Shown: positions 18,694 to 29,021, numbered from the stretch's first letter. The stretch: DNA of 64,000 bases from an uncultured Bacteriovoracaceae bacterium (GCA_964012805.1 CAXGUD010000001.1:1-64000); one strand, 5' to 3'. Translations and numbers: made by a program. The notes: generated by a model not told the origin, from the letters alone.

Positions 18694-21288
18694 TTAGATA
18701 CTTGGAATAATTAAAGAAAAGGTTGTCCCCTCTCCTTCCTTCGTATCAATTTCGATTCTGCCGCCTAGACTTTCAATATTTTTAAGGACGACATCCATTC
18801 CCACTCCCCTACCGGATATCTCAGTTACATTACTCGCCGTCGAAAAGCCTGGTTTAAAAATGAGTTCTGTCTTTTCTTTTTCATTTAAAAAGTCTTTCGT
18901 GGAATCTATGAGACCTTTTTCTATGGCCTTATTATAAACATCTTCACCATTGATTCCCCGGCCATCATCTTTCAAAGTTAGAATAATATCAGGTCTTTTA
19001 CGGGTTAGACTAACTTCTATATTTCCACTTTTTTCAATTCCATGAGCTATACTATTATTGATAAGATGGATAACAGATTCCCTTATAATTTTTGCATTTT
19101 TTCTGTCAAAAAGGGCCTCTACTCCACTTACTTTAAAAGATACATTTTTTTCAAGTTTTCTTGCTTCTCTAAAAACTGTTGGCTTTAACTTCAACAATTC
19201 TCCTTTTAATTCACTCATCATGAGGTTTGCAAAAATTCTTAAAACGGCTTTTGCAGAAGTCATCTCTTTAGCTGAATGAAGAGCTACTTCAAATTTATTT
19301 TTTGGGACCTCGATAAACTCCTCAGACCCATCACTTTCAGAGGAAAGAAACTCTTCCCCAAAAACTTCTTGCGCGCTCTCTTTATAAAAAGTAAGGAGTT
19401 CCGTGAGCATTTCTTTAGTCCGTTCTATCCCATTTTTTTCATAATCAGTTTCAAATCCATGAACTTTATTACTTAATGACTCCAAATTAAAGAACCTTGA
19501 ACTTCCTTTAATTGTGTGCAGACTTCTTTTGACCCCTTCCTCATCACCCCACTCTTCCAATGTTTCAAAAACCTCTTTAATAAAAACTCTAAATTCACTT
19601 TTAGTATTGGAAACAATTTCCTGGAGGACTTGAATCCTGTATTCAGCTTTTTCCTGAGAAACTCTAACAGCTTCTTTTAACTTTTCCTCCTCAGTTATGT
19701 CCTCAATAATAAACATAATTCTTCTTACGATTTCTTGATCATCAATAATAGGACTTAATTGAATTTTTACAATCTTCTCATCTCCGTTTTCCATTTTTAA
19801 ATTAGTCATCTTGGGAATAACATCTTGCATACTATCAAATTGGAAAATATCCATGTTGATAGAAATACTAAAGACAAAGGCCATTTTTTCTCTAAATTCT
19901 TGATTAAAAAGCTCCGCACATACATTTTTCCCTACAATATCTACACCAAATATTTCCGCAGAGTATTTTGAGACAGGAAAAATTACTTTATAAGATTCAT
20001 CCACAGAAAAAACAGCTTGGCGCATATTATTCAATATATCTTTTGTCTCATTCAATGAGGAAAAGAGTTCATTTGTCCTTGCTTTAACTTTATTTTCCAA
20101 ACCCAAATTTGTTTTTTCAATTTTACGATAGAGCAATTTAAGTTTATGGTTAGCATCATTTAACTCTTCCGCCCTAATTGCGATGTCATCCCTTTGTAAT
20201 TTTATATACTCTGCAAAACCAAAGGACAGAACAATAAGCTTGAGAGAAGTACCTAATAAAAGAGAGTTATCAATGAAGAGGTAAGGTCCAAGAACTTTAA
20301 ATTTAAATAATATCTGGACAATAACAAACAGAACAAAAATATTAAGCGATATGAAAAAATATTTAGCAGTAACACTACCCTTCCTTAATTCATCGTAGGA
20401 AAACCAGAATGAAAAAATTATGATGGTTGAAAAATAAAAATAAGAAAAGCCTAGGCCGGCCGTAATGGGAGTAAAGAGGCAAACAAAGGTCAGGACGAGT
20501 CCTCCCTTTATAAAATTGTTGCAAAAGTGCAGTAGTTTTTCTCTATCCAGATTTATATAACTTTTTCCAAAAATCAATAAAGTGACGCCAGTTAGGGCAA
20601 CTAAGCTATTTTGGCCTTGACCAGATAACCAGGAACCTTTAAGAAAAGAAACAAATACCATAAGCGTTAATGATAAAACAAAGGCATAAAGAGAAAAAAG
20701 AATATAGTTAATATAATTGGAGGTTAAATAATTGAAAATATTATAAATTATTAATAAAATAATAACTCCATAAAAAAATGAATATAAAGTTTTTTCTTCA
20801 AATTGTTTTTCATAGAAAGAATCAATCTTTAAAATAGAGATGGGCAACTTTACTTTTTCTTTAAACCTATTACTTTTAAGAACTTGGATAAGCACTTCAC
20901 TTGTATTTGATTTAATTTTAAAACTAGGATGTCTATTTTTTAGCCTGAAAAGCATAGAATTATCAGGAGACCAAACCTCAGTTCCTCCTGAAGCTGACTT
21001 ATAGTAGAATTTAAAGTTCTGAAAATAGCTATTGTTTATAGTAATAACCTTTTCGAAAGGCCGCTTGGAAATTTTAACCTTTATGTATAGGTCTTTTTTA
21101 AAATCATTTAAGATATAGGAGTCTTCGATGGATTTAACTTTTTGAATATTATTTGGTTTAATAAGTCCTTTGACACCTTCTTCTAACGAACCCAAATATT
21201 GAAAAGCCTCGACTTCATATCCAGAACCAGAAAAACTATTTCCCATGAATAAAGAAATAAAAAATAGAAATGTTATTACTGTTCTCAA
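18694..21288 (-). CDS. 7TM-DISM sensor with PAS-like, Hpt and CheA-type HATPase domains
   Basis: Extracellular domain, about 7 TM helices, coiled coil LENKVKART.EL, Hpt SLHTIKG, HLINNSIAHG, DDGRG, GFST…SGRGVGMDVV; no CheW domain. Confidence 0.85.
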   Translation of the reverse strand: MRTVITFLFFISLFMGNSFSGSGYEVEAFQYLGSLEEGVKGLIKPNNIQKVKSIEDSYILNDFKKDLYIKVKISKRPFEKVITINNSYFQNFKFYYKSASGGTEVWSPDNSMLFRLKNRHPSFKIKSNTSEVLIQVLKSNRFKEKVKLPISILKIDSFYEKQFEEKTLYSFFYGVIILLIIYNIFNYLTSNYINYILFSLYAFVLSLTLMVFVSFLKGSWLSGQGQNSLVALTGVTLLIFGKSYINLDREKLLHFCNNFIKGGLVLTFVCLFTPITAGLGFSYFYFSTIIIFSFWFSYDELRKGSVTAKYFFISLNIFVLFVIVQILFKFKVLGPYLFIDNSLLLGTSLKLIVLSFGFAEYIKLQRDDIAIRAEELNDANHKLKLLYRKIEKTNLGLENKVKARTNELFSSLNETKDILNNMRQAVFSVDESYKVIFPVSKYSAEIFGVDIVGKNVCAELFNQEFREKMAFVFSISINMDIFQFDSMQDVIPKMTNLKMENGDEKIVKIQLSPIIDDQEIVRRIMFIIEDITEEEKLKEAVRVSQEKAEYRIQVLQEIVSNTKSEFRVFIKEVFETLEEWGDEEGVKRSLHTIKGSSRFFNLESLSNKVHGFETDYEKNGIERTKEMLTELLTFYKESAQEVFGEEFLSSESDGSEEFIEVPKNKFEVALHSAKEMTSAKAVLRIFANLMMSELKGELLKLKPTVFREARKLEKNVSFKVSGVEALFDRKNAKIIRESVIHLINNSIAHGIEKSGNIEVSLTRKRPDIILTLKDDGRGINGEDVYNKAIEKGLIDSTKDFLNEKEKTELIFKPGFSTASNVTEISGRGVGMDVVLKNIESLGGRIEIDTKEGEGTTFSLIIPSI

Positions 21289-21335
21289 TTTTTTTTCAAC
21301 TTTTTCACTTTTAAATTAGTACTTGCTGATAATAC

Positions 21336-21362
21336 TTGTCGGCTAAAATAGAAAGAACCTAA
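21336..21362 (-). promoter_or_regulatory. Candidate sigma28-type promoter
   Basis: TTAG-N15-GCCGACAA on the minus strand, about 48 bp upstream of 21288. Confidence 0.5.
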
Positions 21363-21447
21363 ACCATTGAAATAAATAATTAGATGCTCTTAAAACGCCA
21401 AAATTTAAACTTAGTGAGAGTAGAAAAAATCAGCAAAGAAAGGTAGT

Positions 21448-21876
21448 TTAAAGGACCTTATTGAAACCATTAGTGGTTAAAATATCAATCGCAGCATCGA
21501 CCTCAAATCTATAAAAAACATTGAAGTCTTGTGGGAAATAAGATGTAGCATTATCTAAACATGAACTAATTTTTCTTACAGAAATCTTATTAGAAAACTT
21601 TGAACAACCTATATAATCCATAAATCTGTCCCCGAACTCGACTCTTTTTAAAAGGTAGAGCGCTAGTCCCCTATTTTTGTTATCGATTATCAAGTATTTG
21701 GAAATGACGTTCTTTACGATTAAAATTCTAAAAAGGTCATAAGGACTTTTTTCACTTAAGTTTTCTTTTTCAAAGATATAGGACCTTTTAGGAAAATGAA
21801 TACCACCAAAGGCCCCATGAGAAGTAAACAAAATAACTATAAATAATACTTTTAATATTCCATTCATTGTTTTCAC
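21448..21876 (-). CDS. Secreted hypothetical protein
   Basis: 142 aa, signal-peptide-like N-terminus, one Cys pair. Confidence 0.5.
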   Translation of the reverse strand: MKTMNGILKVLFIVILFTSHGAFGGIHFPKRSYIFEKENLSEKSPYDLFRILIVKNVISKYLIIDNKNRGLALYLLKRVEFGDRFMDYIGCSKFSNKISVRKISSCLDNATSYFPQDFNVFYRFEVDAAIDILTTNGFNKVL

Positions 21877-22121
21877 GGCTTTTCCCTACTTCAATAAAAC
21901 GTGCACTAACTTTAATCTATTGTAGAAGAATTTTTATTTATAAAGAAACTTTTCCTTCGGGTAGTCCTGTGAGTAGAGGTTGCGTTGAAAAAACAGTGTT
22001 TTATTTGGCCAGACTTAAGAGGGGATACCAGCGGCCTTCATCGGTTAAAATAAAATTTGTTTAAATGTCTTGTTTTCTTGGCATTTTCTTAATTTTTTAA
22101 AAGAAATTTTATTTTGGAAAC

Positions 22122-22148
22122 TAGGCCTCTTCCCGGAGGAAGGGCCTA
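22122..22148 (-). terminator. Stem-loop downstream of the lipoprotein gene
   Basis: TAGGCC(T)CTTCC-cgga-GGAAGGGCCTA inverted repeat 12 bp past the stop codon. Confidence 0.65.
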
Positions 22149-22159
22149 AACTTAAGGAA

Positions 22160-22912
22160 TTATTTCATCAATGTTGAAGAAAGAATATCTTTCATATGCT
22201 CTGGAGTTGTATCATTAGTTTCAGCAGCTCTAACTATAAGAGCGTCTAAATCTTTTGAGTCACCTTCCATTGACTTTTTGAAAGCTTTAAGTCCTTCACT
22301 CGCATCAAAACCAAGAACTTCTTTAAAGAAAACTTTTGAGTCTTCTGCCGTCATTTGACGAGACTTAGAAGCTTTTTTCCAACCTTGAGCAAGCTTAGCA
22401 ACGGCAAAAGCCCTGTCCTCACTCAAGCCAAATTCGCTTACTAAATGCTCTTCAACTTTCTTAAGGTTCATTTTTTCAACTTTTTGTCCTAACTTTTCCA
22501 AATCTTTTGAAGAAGGTTTTGTTAGTTCGAAAAGATAACCATAGTCATCCATGTAGACTGTATTTCCATAATCATCAAGTCCCCATGGCTCTACATATCT
22601 AGAGTTATAGTAATAATGGTCATCTGCAAACGTTGTGTTCTCATTAAAATCCCAAACATTCACAGCACGGTATTGATCATTATCGTAATCATAGACTACT
22701 ATCCAACCATCATACTGCTCAGTATTGTACTTTTGGAGATAATACTGATCTGGGTTAGAAACACCAGCATCATAATTTAGAGTATCAACAAACCAATCTG
22801 CCTCAGCGTAGCCAATACTTGCAGGGGGGTTATAACCACCTCCGCCTCCACCAGAGCAAGAAACTAGTACAAGAGAAAGTGCCATAAGAAGAATTGAAAT
22901 AGATTTTTTCAT
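22160..22912 (-). CDS. Lipoprotein, hypothetical
   Basis: Lipobox LVSC followed by SGGGGGG; acidic Tyr/Asp-rich domain, then helical SKDLEK… domain; AAGGA RBS. Confidence 0.75.
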   Translation of the reverse strand: MKKSISILLMALSLVLVSCSGGGGGGYNPPASIGYAEADWFVDTLNYDAGVSNPDQYYLQKYNTEQYDGWIVVYDYDNDQYRAVNVWDFNENTTFADDHYYYNSRYVEPWGLDDYGNTVYMDDYGYLFELTKPSSKDLEKLGQKVEKMNLKKVEEHLVSEFGLSEDRAFAVAKLAQGWKKASKSRQMTAEDSKVFFKEVLGFDASEGLKAFKKSMEGDSKDLDALIVRAAETNDTTPEHMKDILSSTLMK

Positions 22913-23156
22913 AAGCTTTAAGTCCTTTTGTATAAAGATCGTCTTAAGTTATTTACACTTTTATCTCCCTTTAGATACAGATAAGGACCCACTTTTTCAA
23001 ATAAGTTTAGATAAAACCTCTTTGAAAGAAGAGTATGTATGATTTTCTGGGAAAATGTCAGAAAAAAAGTCCCAAGTTGATACCAAAATAATGAAATTCT
23101 TAGCTAAGTCACGTCTTTTTAATGATGAAAAGAGAAGTAGATCGCTATGCGCAATG

Positions 23157-24050
23157 CTAATTTTTTGTATACTCTTCAGGATTTTCCAACACATCTATAA
23201 ACTTTTGAAGACCAAACTTTGCCACAAGCCCCCCCTCGATTCTTTCATCAAATGAGATCCTGATGGGTAAAACCCTTTCAATTTCAACCTTCCCCTCTTT
23301 CGAAATAACTTCATCTTGAACTTTCCCTACCATAGCGAAGATCGGACAATTACCCCACTCATAAAGATGATGGAAACCAGGTCTCATTTTCAAGCTTCCT
23401 AAGTTGGTTATAATAAGGGAAGTAAAAAGACCGTCTTCTTTGTAAAACCAAAAAGGAAGTAAGTTATAGTGATCCAAAAATGCAGCGAGTTTGTATATGG
23501 GACCAAAAATAAAGTTGGGTAAGGAGGAAAATAAAGAATGCTCTTTATCTGAATAAGTCTCTTTATCACTTCTCTCTTCTTTAACTCCACCTTTTATCCG
23601 CTCGCATAAATCATCAAAATTTTTAAACTTAGAAAGATTCAATTTTAGAAAAGAGGTTTTTGATCCCATTTCTTTCAAGTCTTTTTTCACGGTAAAAGAA
23701 ATATGAACACCATTTCTTAAATACAGTCTATTACCAGAGCAAAACCGGTTCATTTCCGGACAATTTTCCAAAGCAACCTTTCCCGCCCAAACCAAAATAT
23801 TCATAATACTGAACCGGTCGTTATGCTTTTTAACAAAAGTTTCTAAGTTTTTGGCCCTAATCGATACATCAAAATAAACTGTTGAGGACTGCCTGTCGGG
23901 GCAAGCAAAAAGGAGCATAGTCCTAAAGGGATGGAGGTTTTTAACAAGTTTTCCATCACTTCTTCCACGCTTTAAATTTAAAAGAACCCAAATCAAAACG
24001 ACAAAAAAAATAAGACCACCTATTAATTTAAAATCTAAAACAATAGTCAT
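23157..24050 (-). CDS. Membrane-anchored stand-alone 2-oxoacid dehydrogenase E2-like acyltransferase domain
   Basis: N-terminal TM; PEMNRF, ITNLGSL, HHLYEWG, SFDERIEGG; no lipoyl domain. Confidence 0.75.
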   Translation of the reverse strand: MTIVLDFKLIGGLIFFVVLIWVLLNLKRGRSDGKLVKNLHPFRTMLLFACPDRQSSTVYFDVSIRAKNLETFVKKHNDRFSIMNILVWAGKVALENCPEMNRFCSGNRLYLRNGVHISFTVKKDLKEMGSKTSFLKLNLSKFKNFDDLCERIKGGVKEERSDKETYSDKEHSLFSSLPNFIFGPIYKLAAFLDHYNLLPFWFYKEDGLFTSLIITNLGSLKMRPGFHHLYEWGNCPIFAMVGKVQDEVISKEGKVEIERVLPIRISFDERIEGGLVAKFGLQKFIDVLENPEEYTKN

Positions 24051-24209
24051 TTTCTCTTGACCCCTCTTAAATAAAGCTTACTTATATTGTAACAATTTAA
24101 GGTTTTTCTGCCTTCCCCTCTCATATTTTCCTAACTGAACCTTTGTTTCAAAGGAAAACATTTGTATAATAAGTGGGCCCATTACTTATAAATTCGGCTG
24201 GGAAACTCT

Positions 24210-25223
24210 ATGAATAAAGATATTTCATCTTCCTGGATTAATTTGGCACATCACCGTCTCGGTACTAAAGTCCTGTACGCTACTGACGACTTTTTTGGAG
24301 AAAAAGAAAACCTGATAAAACCTGGACGAGGAATCTATGTTCCTGATAAATACACGGACCGAGGAAAATGGATGGATGGATGGGAAAGCAGGAGGAAAAG
24401 AGTTGAAGGCCATGATTATTGTGACATCAAACTTGGGTTACCTGGAATCATCGAAGGCCTAGATATTGACACAAACCATTTTCTCGGCAATCACCCCCCC
24501 TTTGCTTCTGTTGAAGCGACCTATGACAACAATATTGTAGAGAATACTAAATGGACTGAAATACTAACTCAATCTCCTTTAAAAGCAGGCTCTCAAAATA
24601 TCTTTGAAATCTCCAATGGGCAAAAATGGAAATACGTAAGGCTCCATATATATCCAGATGGAGGAGTCGCCCGCTTTAGGGTTTACGGAACTCCAGCAAT
24701 TGACTGGGACCAGAAAAAAAACGTGGAGAAAATAGATTTGGCCTCTATTTTAAACGGTGGACGGGTGGTTCTCTGTAATGACATGTTTTTTAGCGATAAA
24801 AATAACCTTATTATGCCTGGCCCTGGTATCAATATGGGGGATGGATGGGAAACGAGGAGGAAAAGGGCCAAAAAATTAGGAGATCCACTCGACCCTGATT
24901 GGGCGATCCTTTCCTTGGGTAAACCAGGTATAATTTCAGAAGCGGAAATTGATACGTCTCATTTTGTAGGTAATTTTCCCGACTGTGCTTCTTTAGAAGG
25001 CTTATTTCTTGGGGAATCTGACAATAACATAATAAAATCCTTACCTGATCTAACTGATAAAGATTGGAGACCCTTACTTCCAAAGACGAAACTCAACCCA
25101 GATTACAAGCATTTATTTGAAAAGGAAATTCAATCAATTGGGAAGATTTCCCATGTGCGCATTAGGATTTATCCGGATGGTGGTGTCAGTAGACTTCGAC
25201 TTTGGGGTAAGCCAACGTTTTAA
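24210..25223 (+). CDS. alc: Allantoicase
   Basis: Two allantoicase repeats: GKWMDGWESRRKR…IDTNHF.GN…IYPDGGVARFRVYG and MGDGWETRRKR…IDTSHF.GN…IYPDGGVSRLRLWG. Confidence 0.95.
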   Translation: MNKDISSSWINLAHHRLGTKVLYATDDFFGEKENLIKPGRGIYVPDKYTDRGKWMDGWESRRKRVEGHDYCDIKLGLPGIIEGLDIDTNHFLGNHPPFASVEATYDNNIVENTKWTEILTQSPLKAGSQNIFEISNGQKWKYVRLHIYPDGGVARFRVYGTPAIDWDQKKNVEKIDLASILNGGRVVLCNDMFFSDKNNLIMPGPGINMGDGWETRRKRAKKLGDPLDPDWAILSLGKPGIISEAEIDTSHFVGNFPDCASLEGLFLGESDNNIIKSLPDLTDKDWRPLLPKTKLNPDYKHLFEKEIQSIGKISHVRIRIYPDGGVSRLRLWGKPTF

Positions 25224-25330
25224 TAATTCCCAAGCCTTAAAAGCGCATTAAATAAATTATCCCACTATAAAAATAAGCTTTTATTCCGATATATCCTTCA
25301 TAAAAACAGGAACAGATAAGGTATTCTGAA

Positions 25331-26749
25331 TTGAGAATATTATTTTATTTTTTTCTCTTAATTTTCATTTTGATTCCAAAAACATATGCCATTCAGTCTC
25401 ATTATGTTTGGGTCAAACATCCCTCCAAACTTAAGGGTGATTGCTATGAGGTAGACACAGAAACAGGTGGAAAAAAATACTCTAATAAGGTCAATAAAAA
25501 AATCTGTAGACCGGCCAACACCATTCATTTTTGGATTGGAGAAAAAGAGAAACTGAGAGGTCATTGTTATGAGTCCGACCCAGAAACAAGAGGAGAAAAA
25601 TATATTAGTAAGGTACAAGCTCTTAAATGTCTTCCTAAAAGAACTGAAAAGGTATGGCTCGAAACAGAAATAAAAAGGGGCTGCTACCTCGTTGATTCCT
25701 TAACTAAAGGTGAACACTTTTTAATGAAAGTTGGAGTAGATGAATGTCAAAAGAAGCAATCTACTTACTTTCACTTTCAAGCCTTACCAAAGAAAATGAG
25801 TGGTATCTGCTTAGAGCTTGATAGCAAAACAAACGGAAAGTTTTTTAAAAATAAAGTAAAAACTGAAAATTGCAGACCACCAAATACTAAGATCCTTTGG
25901 ATTAAGAAAAAGTTAAGGCCAAATGAAGGACAATGTTACGAAGTAGATCGGGATAAGGGAGCTAATGGTTTTATCTTAAAACTACCAAGAAAATATTGTT
26001 TTAAAATGAAGAGCCATTTCGCATGGGTTTACAAAAAAGAATTTGTTGGAAACTGCTATGAATTTTCTAAAGGACCTTCAAACGAAGATATCAGTCAAAA
26101 AGTTGGAAAAGAAAAATGCAAACCAGACCAAACTATTTTTTTGTGGGCCGGTGAGGGTTACTTGAAAGGGAAATGTTATGAAGTAGATTCGAATTTAAAA
26201 GCAAAAGGATATTCAAAAAGCGTCAATAAAAAAAAGTGCAGACCTTCTTCTTTTTTAACAAAGTGGATAAAGAAAAGGCCTAAAGAAAAGGGTTCTTGCT
26301 ACGAATTGGATAATGAAACGAAAGGCTTTCAATATTCAAGAAAAGTTAATAAAAAAGAGTGCTCATCAGATACGATCTCAACTGTATGGAAACCCAATCG
26401 CGATGGCTGGGGAGGTAATTGTTCTGACTTGGTAAAGATGGAAAATGGCCAAATGATGAAGATATCAACAAAAACGGAAAAGTGTCGCCCTTTGAGGATA
26501 AAATATATTTGGAAACCAAAAAGTAGATTTGAGGGTAAGTGCTATGAAGTTGACTTTGATAAGGGGAATTTTGCCTATTCTAAGACTGTCAAAAAGGAAT
26601 CGTGCAAGCCAGGTTTTAATGATCTAAGAAACGTTTTCGTTCCAAATAGAAAAGGAAGAGGCGGAAACTGTATTCAGATTGATAAACAAACTAACGGTTA
26701 TCGATATTCAAAAAAAATAAATATTGAATTTTGTCGTTTAACTAATTAA
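25331..26749 (+). CDS. Secreted Cys-rich tandem-repeat protein (11 repeats of about 40 aa)
   Basis: Signal peptide; repeat consensus W…G.CYEVD..T.G..Y..KV.K..C(R/K)P. Confidence 0.8.
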   Translation: MRILFYFFLLIFILIPKTYAIQSHYVWVKHPSKLKGDCYEVDTETGGKKYSNKVNKKICRPANTIHFWIGEKEKLRGHCYESDPETRGEKYISKVQALKCLPKRTEKVWLETEIKRGCYLVDSLTKGEHFLMKVGVDECQKKQSTYFHFQALPKKMSGICLELDSKTNGKFFKNKVKTENCRPPNTKILWIKKKLRPNEGQCYEVDRDKGANGFILKLPRKYCFKMKSHFAWVYKKEFVGNCYEFSKGPSNEDISQKVGKEKCKPDQTIFLWAGEGYLKGKCYEVDSNLKAKGYSKSVNKKKCRPSSFLTKWIKKRPKEKGSCYELDNETKGFQYSRKVNKKECSSDTISTVWKPNRDGWGGNCSDLVKMENGQMMKISTKTEKCRPLRIKYIWKPKSRFEGKCYEVDFDKGNFAYSKTVKKESCKPGFNDLRNVFVPNRKGRGGNCIQIDKQTNGYRYSKKINIEFCRLTN

Positions 26750-26927
26750 AGGTGGTTACCTTTAATAACTAAAAACTCTCTTTAAAAAGACAAACCCTTT
26801 TTCTTTGTTTTTTACTACTAAACATTTTTATTCCCAAATTCTTTTATTATTTTCTTAGTTGATTAAAATAAGACTTAGGTCTTTAATTATATAATTTAAT
26901 ATCTTTTCCAGACTAAAAAGGTTCAAA

Positions 26928-29021
26928 ATGATAACAAATATAATAAGAACAACTTTTATCAATGCTACGTTAATTATCTTTTGCAACATCATAGTAAATA
27001 GCTCTAAAGCAAATGATAAATTATTTTTCGAATGGGATTATGAGAACCATCCTCAAAATATGGTAGACCGCTATACCACTGTTTTTGAAGAGTTACCTCT
27101 TGAAGGTGAAATTCAAAATCAACCCTGGAGTGGAGATTATTGGCCTACTCAAAAAGGAGGGATCTCTTACCGTTGGTATGTCCGTAAAGCAATCCCACAC
27201 GATAGCATTGAGAGGTTTGGTTATAAATTTCTAGACATGAAAAAATATCAAAAAGACTTAAAAAATAAAAAGCACCTTATAAACAGAAAAACAAAGCTGG
27301 AATTTATTAGAGATCACGGACCAAGAGAAGGTATTAAAAAATATGAAGATTATATAAAAACAGCACCAGAAATTGTGATTGATCCCGCAGAGCTTTCTCC
27401 TGCTGAAAAGTATGATCTTTTAATGGGAGATAAAAACTGGTCTCTTACAAGAAGAGAAAGAAAACGATCAGATATTTACGACTTAATTAAAGCCCTCAAA
27501 AAAGACCCTAAAGCCAATAGAGAGAGCTTTATTCCTAGTTGGTGGGGTCTATGCCACGCATGGGCTCCGGCCACAATTCTTTATGAAAACCCAAACCCAA
27601 TAGGATATTCCAATCCATTTTCAAGAGAGCCTGCCCCCATAAAGTTAAAGAATCCTTCTGGAATTGAAGTTCCCTTTGGAAGTGCCGATATCAAAGCACT
27701 TCTTACAGTCCATCTAGACATCGCTGAGAGCACCTCGGGTTCGACAATCTTTTTAGGAAGCCGCTGTAACCTGGAATTAGAGCAGCACTTCCAATCATTC
27801 AGCCGAGGAGAAATTAGTGAAATAGAACTCCGTGGGCTCCTTGAAAGAGAAGGCTGTAATGACACAAATGCCGGTAGTTTTCATATTACCCTAACAAACC
27901 TCATAGGCCACTATAAGACTGGTTTTATTATGGATCATGATAGAGGAAGCGAAGTCTGGAATCAAGGAATAGTATCATATAAGATTTTAGAAAATATTGA
28001 TAAGCCTGTTCCAGAAAAGTTTAAGAAAAATGTTTCAAGAATTGTGTCCGTAAAAAACGAGGTCACATGGATATCAGAAATTAATCAGAGCTGGAAAAAA
28101 GTTAATCTTGCTGGAAGAAATGGTTTTCAAAAAAGCGTTTATAATTATGAGCTTTACCTCAATCCACAAAATGAAATTATTGGAGGGACCTGGCTAGATC
28201 AAACCAACTTATCAAATAAAAATTGGAAAGATAGACCTGATTTCCTTTGGATGAGACCAAAAATAAGTTTTTCGAAAAGTATACCTGGGCTCAGTAAAAT
28301 TTATTCTAAATCAATAGGAAAAAAAGAGAAGTTAAAACCTAAAAAAGCCTGGAAGAAGGCCTTCAAAAAAATAAAATTATCTAACAAGTTTATCAGAAAT
28401 ACAAAAGAGTTTACCAAGAAGAAAAAAGAAGAAAAAAAGAAATACCTTCAATCATTAAGGAAAAAGTCAATAGATGCTTTTAAAAGAAGAGTCGATTTAA
28501 ACAAAAAATTAAAAAAGGATTTAAAAAAGAAATTTGGTAATATTCTTTCAAAGGTAAGAAGAAGTATTTTAAAGAGAGAAAGGTCTATTATAAAACGAAG
28601 AAGTCACTTAGAAGAAAAAGATGGAAAGGTTCTATGCCACGTCCTTTATCACACTAGTGAAGAGGATAATTATCAGGATTTCAAAGCCGAAGGGGAAGAT
28701 ATTCAAAGTTCCTGCAAAGCCGCCTTACAAAAGTGCGAAAATTATAAGTTTTCAAATAAAATTAAAAACGCCAAGGAGTATTGTTTAAAAGGAAAAAGTA
28801 AAGACTACCTCTATACATGTACATACACACTCTTTGCAAACCCAGACCCAATAAACTGGCTCATTAAAAAGACCAGAACTGGCAGAAAGATGGGTACTTT
28901 TAAACACAAGGCACTTATTGAAGATGTCGCCTGTTTAAGACCAAAAAAGAACTGCGAAAAAAGAAGATTTTGGAAAAGAACCTGTAAAAAAGAGGTCAAG
29001 CGCCCTCTTATCAGGCTTTAA
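26928..29021 (+). CDS. Transglutaminase-elicitor (GP42-like) family protein with basic coiled coil and Cys-rich C-terminus
   Basis: PWSGDYWP, LSPAEKYD, WWGLCHAWAPA (catalytic Cys), DIKALL, N.GSFH, EVWNQ, Y.LYL…GG.W, RPDFLW. Confidence 0.85.
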   Translation: MITNIIRTTFINATLIIFCNIIVNSSKANDKLFFEWDYENHPQNMVDRYTTVFEELPLEGEIQNQPWSGDYWPTQKGGISYRWYVRKAIPHDSIERFGYKFLDMKKYQKDLKNKKHLINRKTKLEFIRDHGPREGIKKYEDYIKTAPEIVIDPAELSPAEKYDLLMGDKNWSLTRRERKRSDIYDLIKALKKDPKANRESFIPSWWGLCHAWAPATILYENPNPIGYSNPFSREPAPIKLKNPSGIEVPFGSADIKALLTVHLDIAESTSGSTIFLGSRCNLELEQHFQSFSRGEISEIELRGLLEREGCNDTNAGSFHITLTNLIGHYKTGFIMDHDRGSEVWNQGIVSYKILENIDKPVPEKFKKNVSRIVSVKNEVTWISEINQSWKKVNLAGRNGFQKSVYNYELYLNPQNEIIGGTWLDQTNLSNKNWKDRPDFLWMRPKISFSKSIPGLSKIYSKSIGKKEKLKPKKAWKKAFKKIKLSNKFIRNTKEFTKKKKEEKKKYLQSLRKKSIDAFKRRVDLNKKLKKDLKKKFGNILSKVRRSILKRERSIIKRRSHLEEKDGKVLCHVLYHTSEEDNYQDFKAEGEDIQSSCKAALQKCENYKFSNKIKNAKEYCLKGKSKDYLYTCTYTLFANPDPINWLIKKTRTGRKMGTFKHKALIEDVACLRPKKNCEKRRFWKRTCKKEVKRPLIRL

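Noticed and set aside
25331..26749. CRISPR array or DNA tandem repeat; multiheme cytochrome
   Set aside because: The repetition is at protein level with diverged DNA, and there are no CxxCH motifs.
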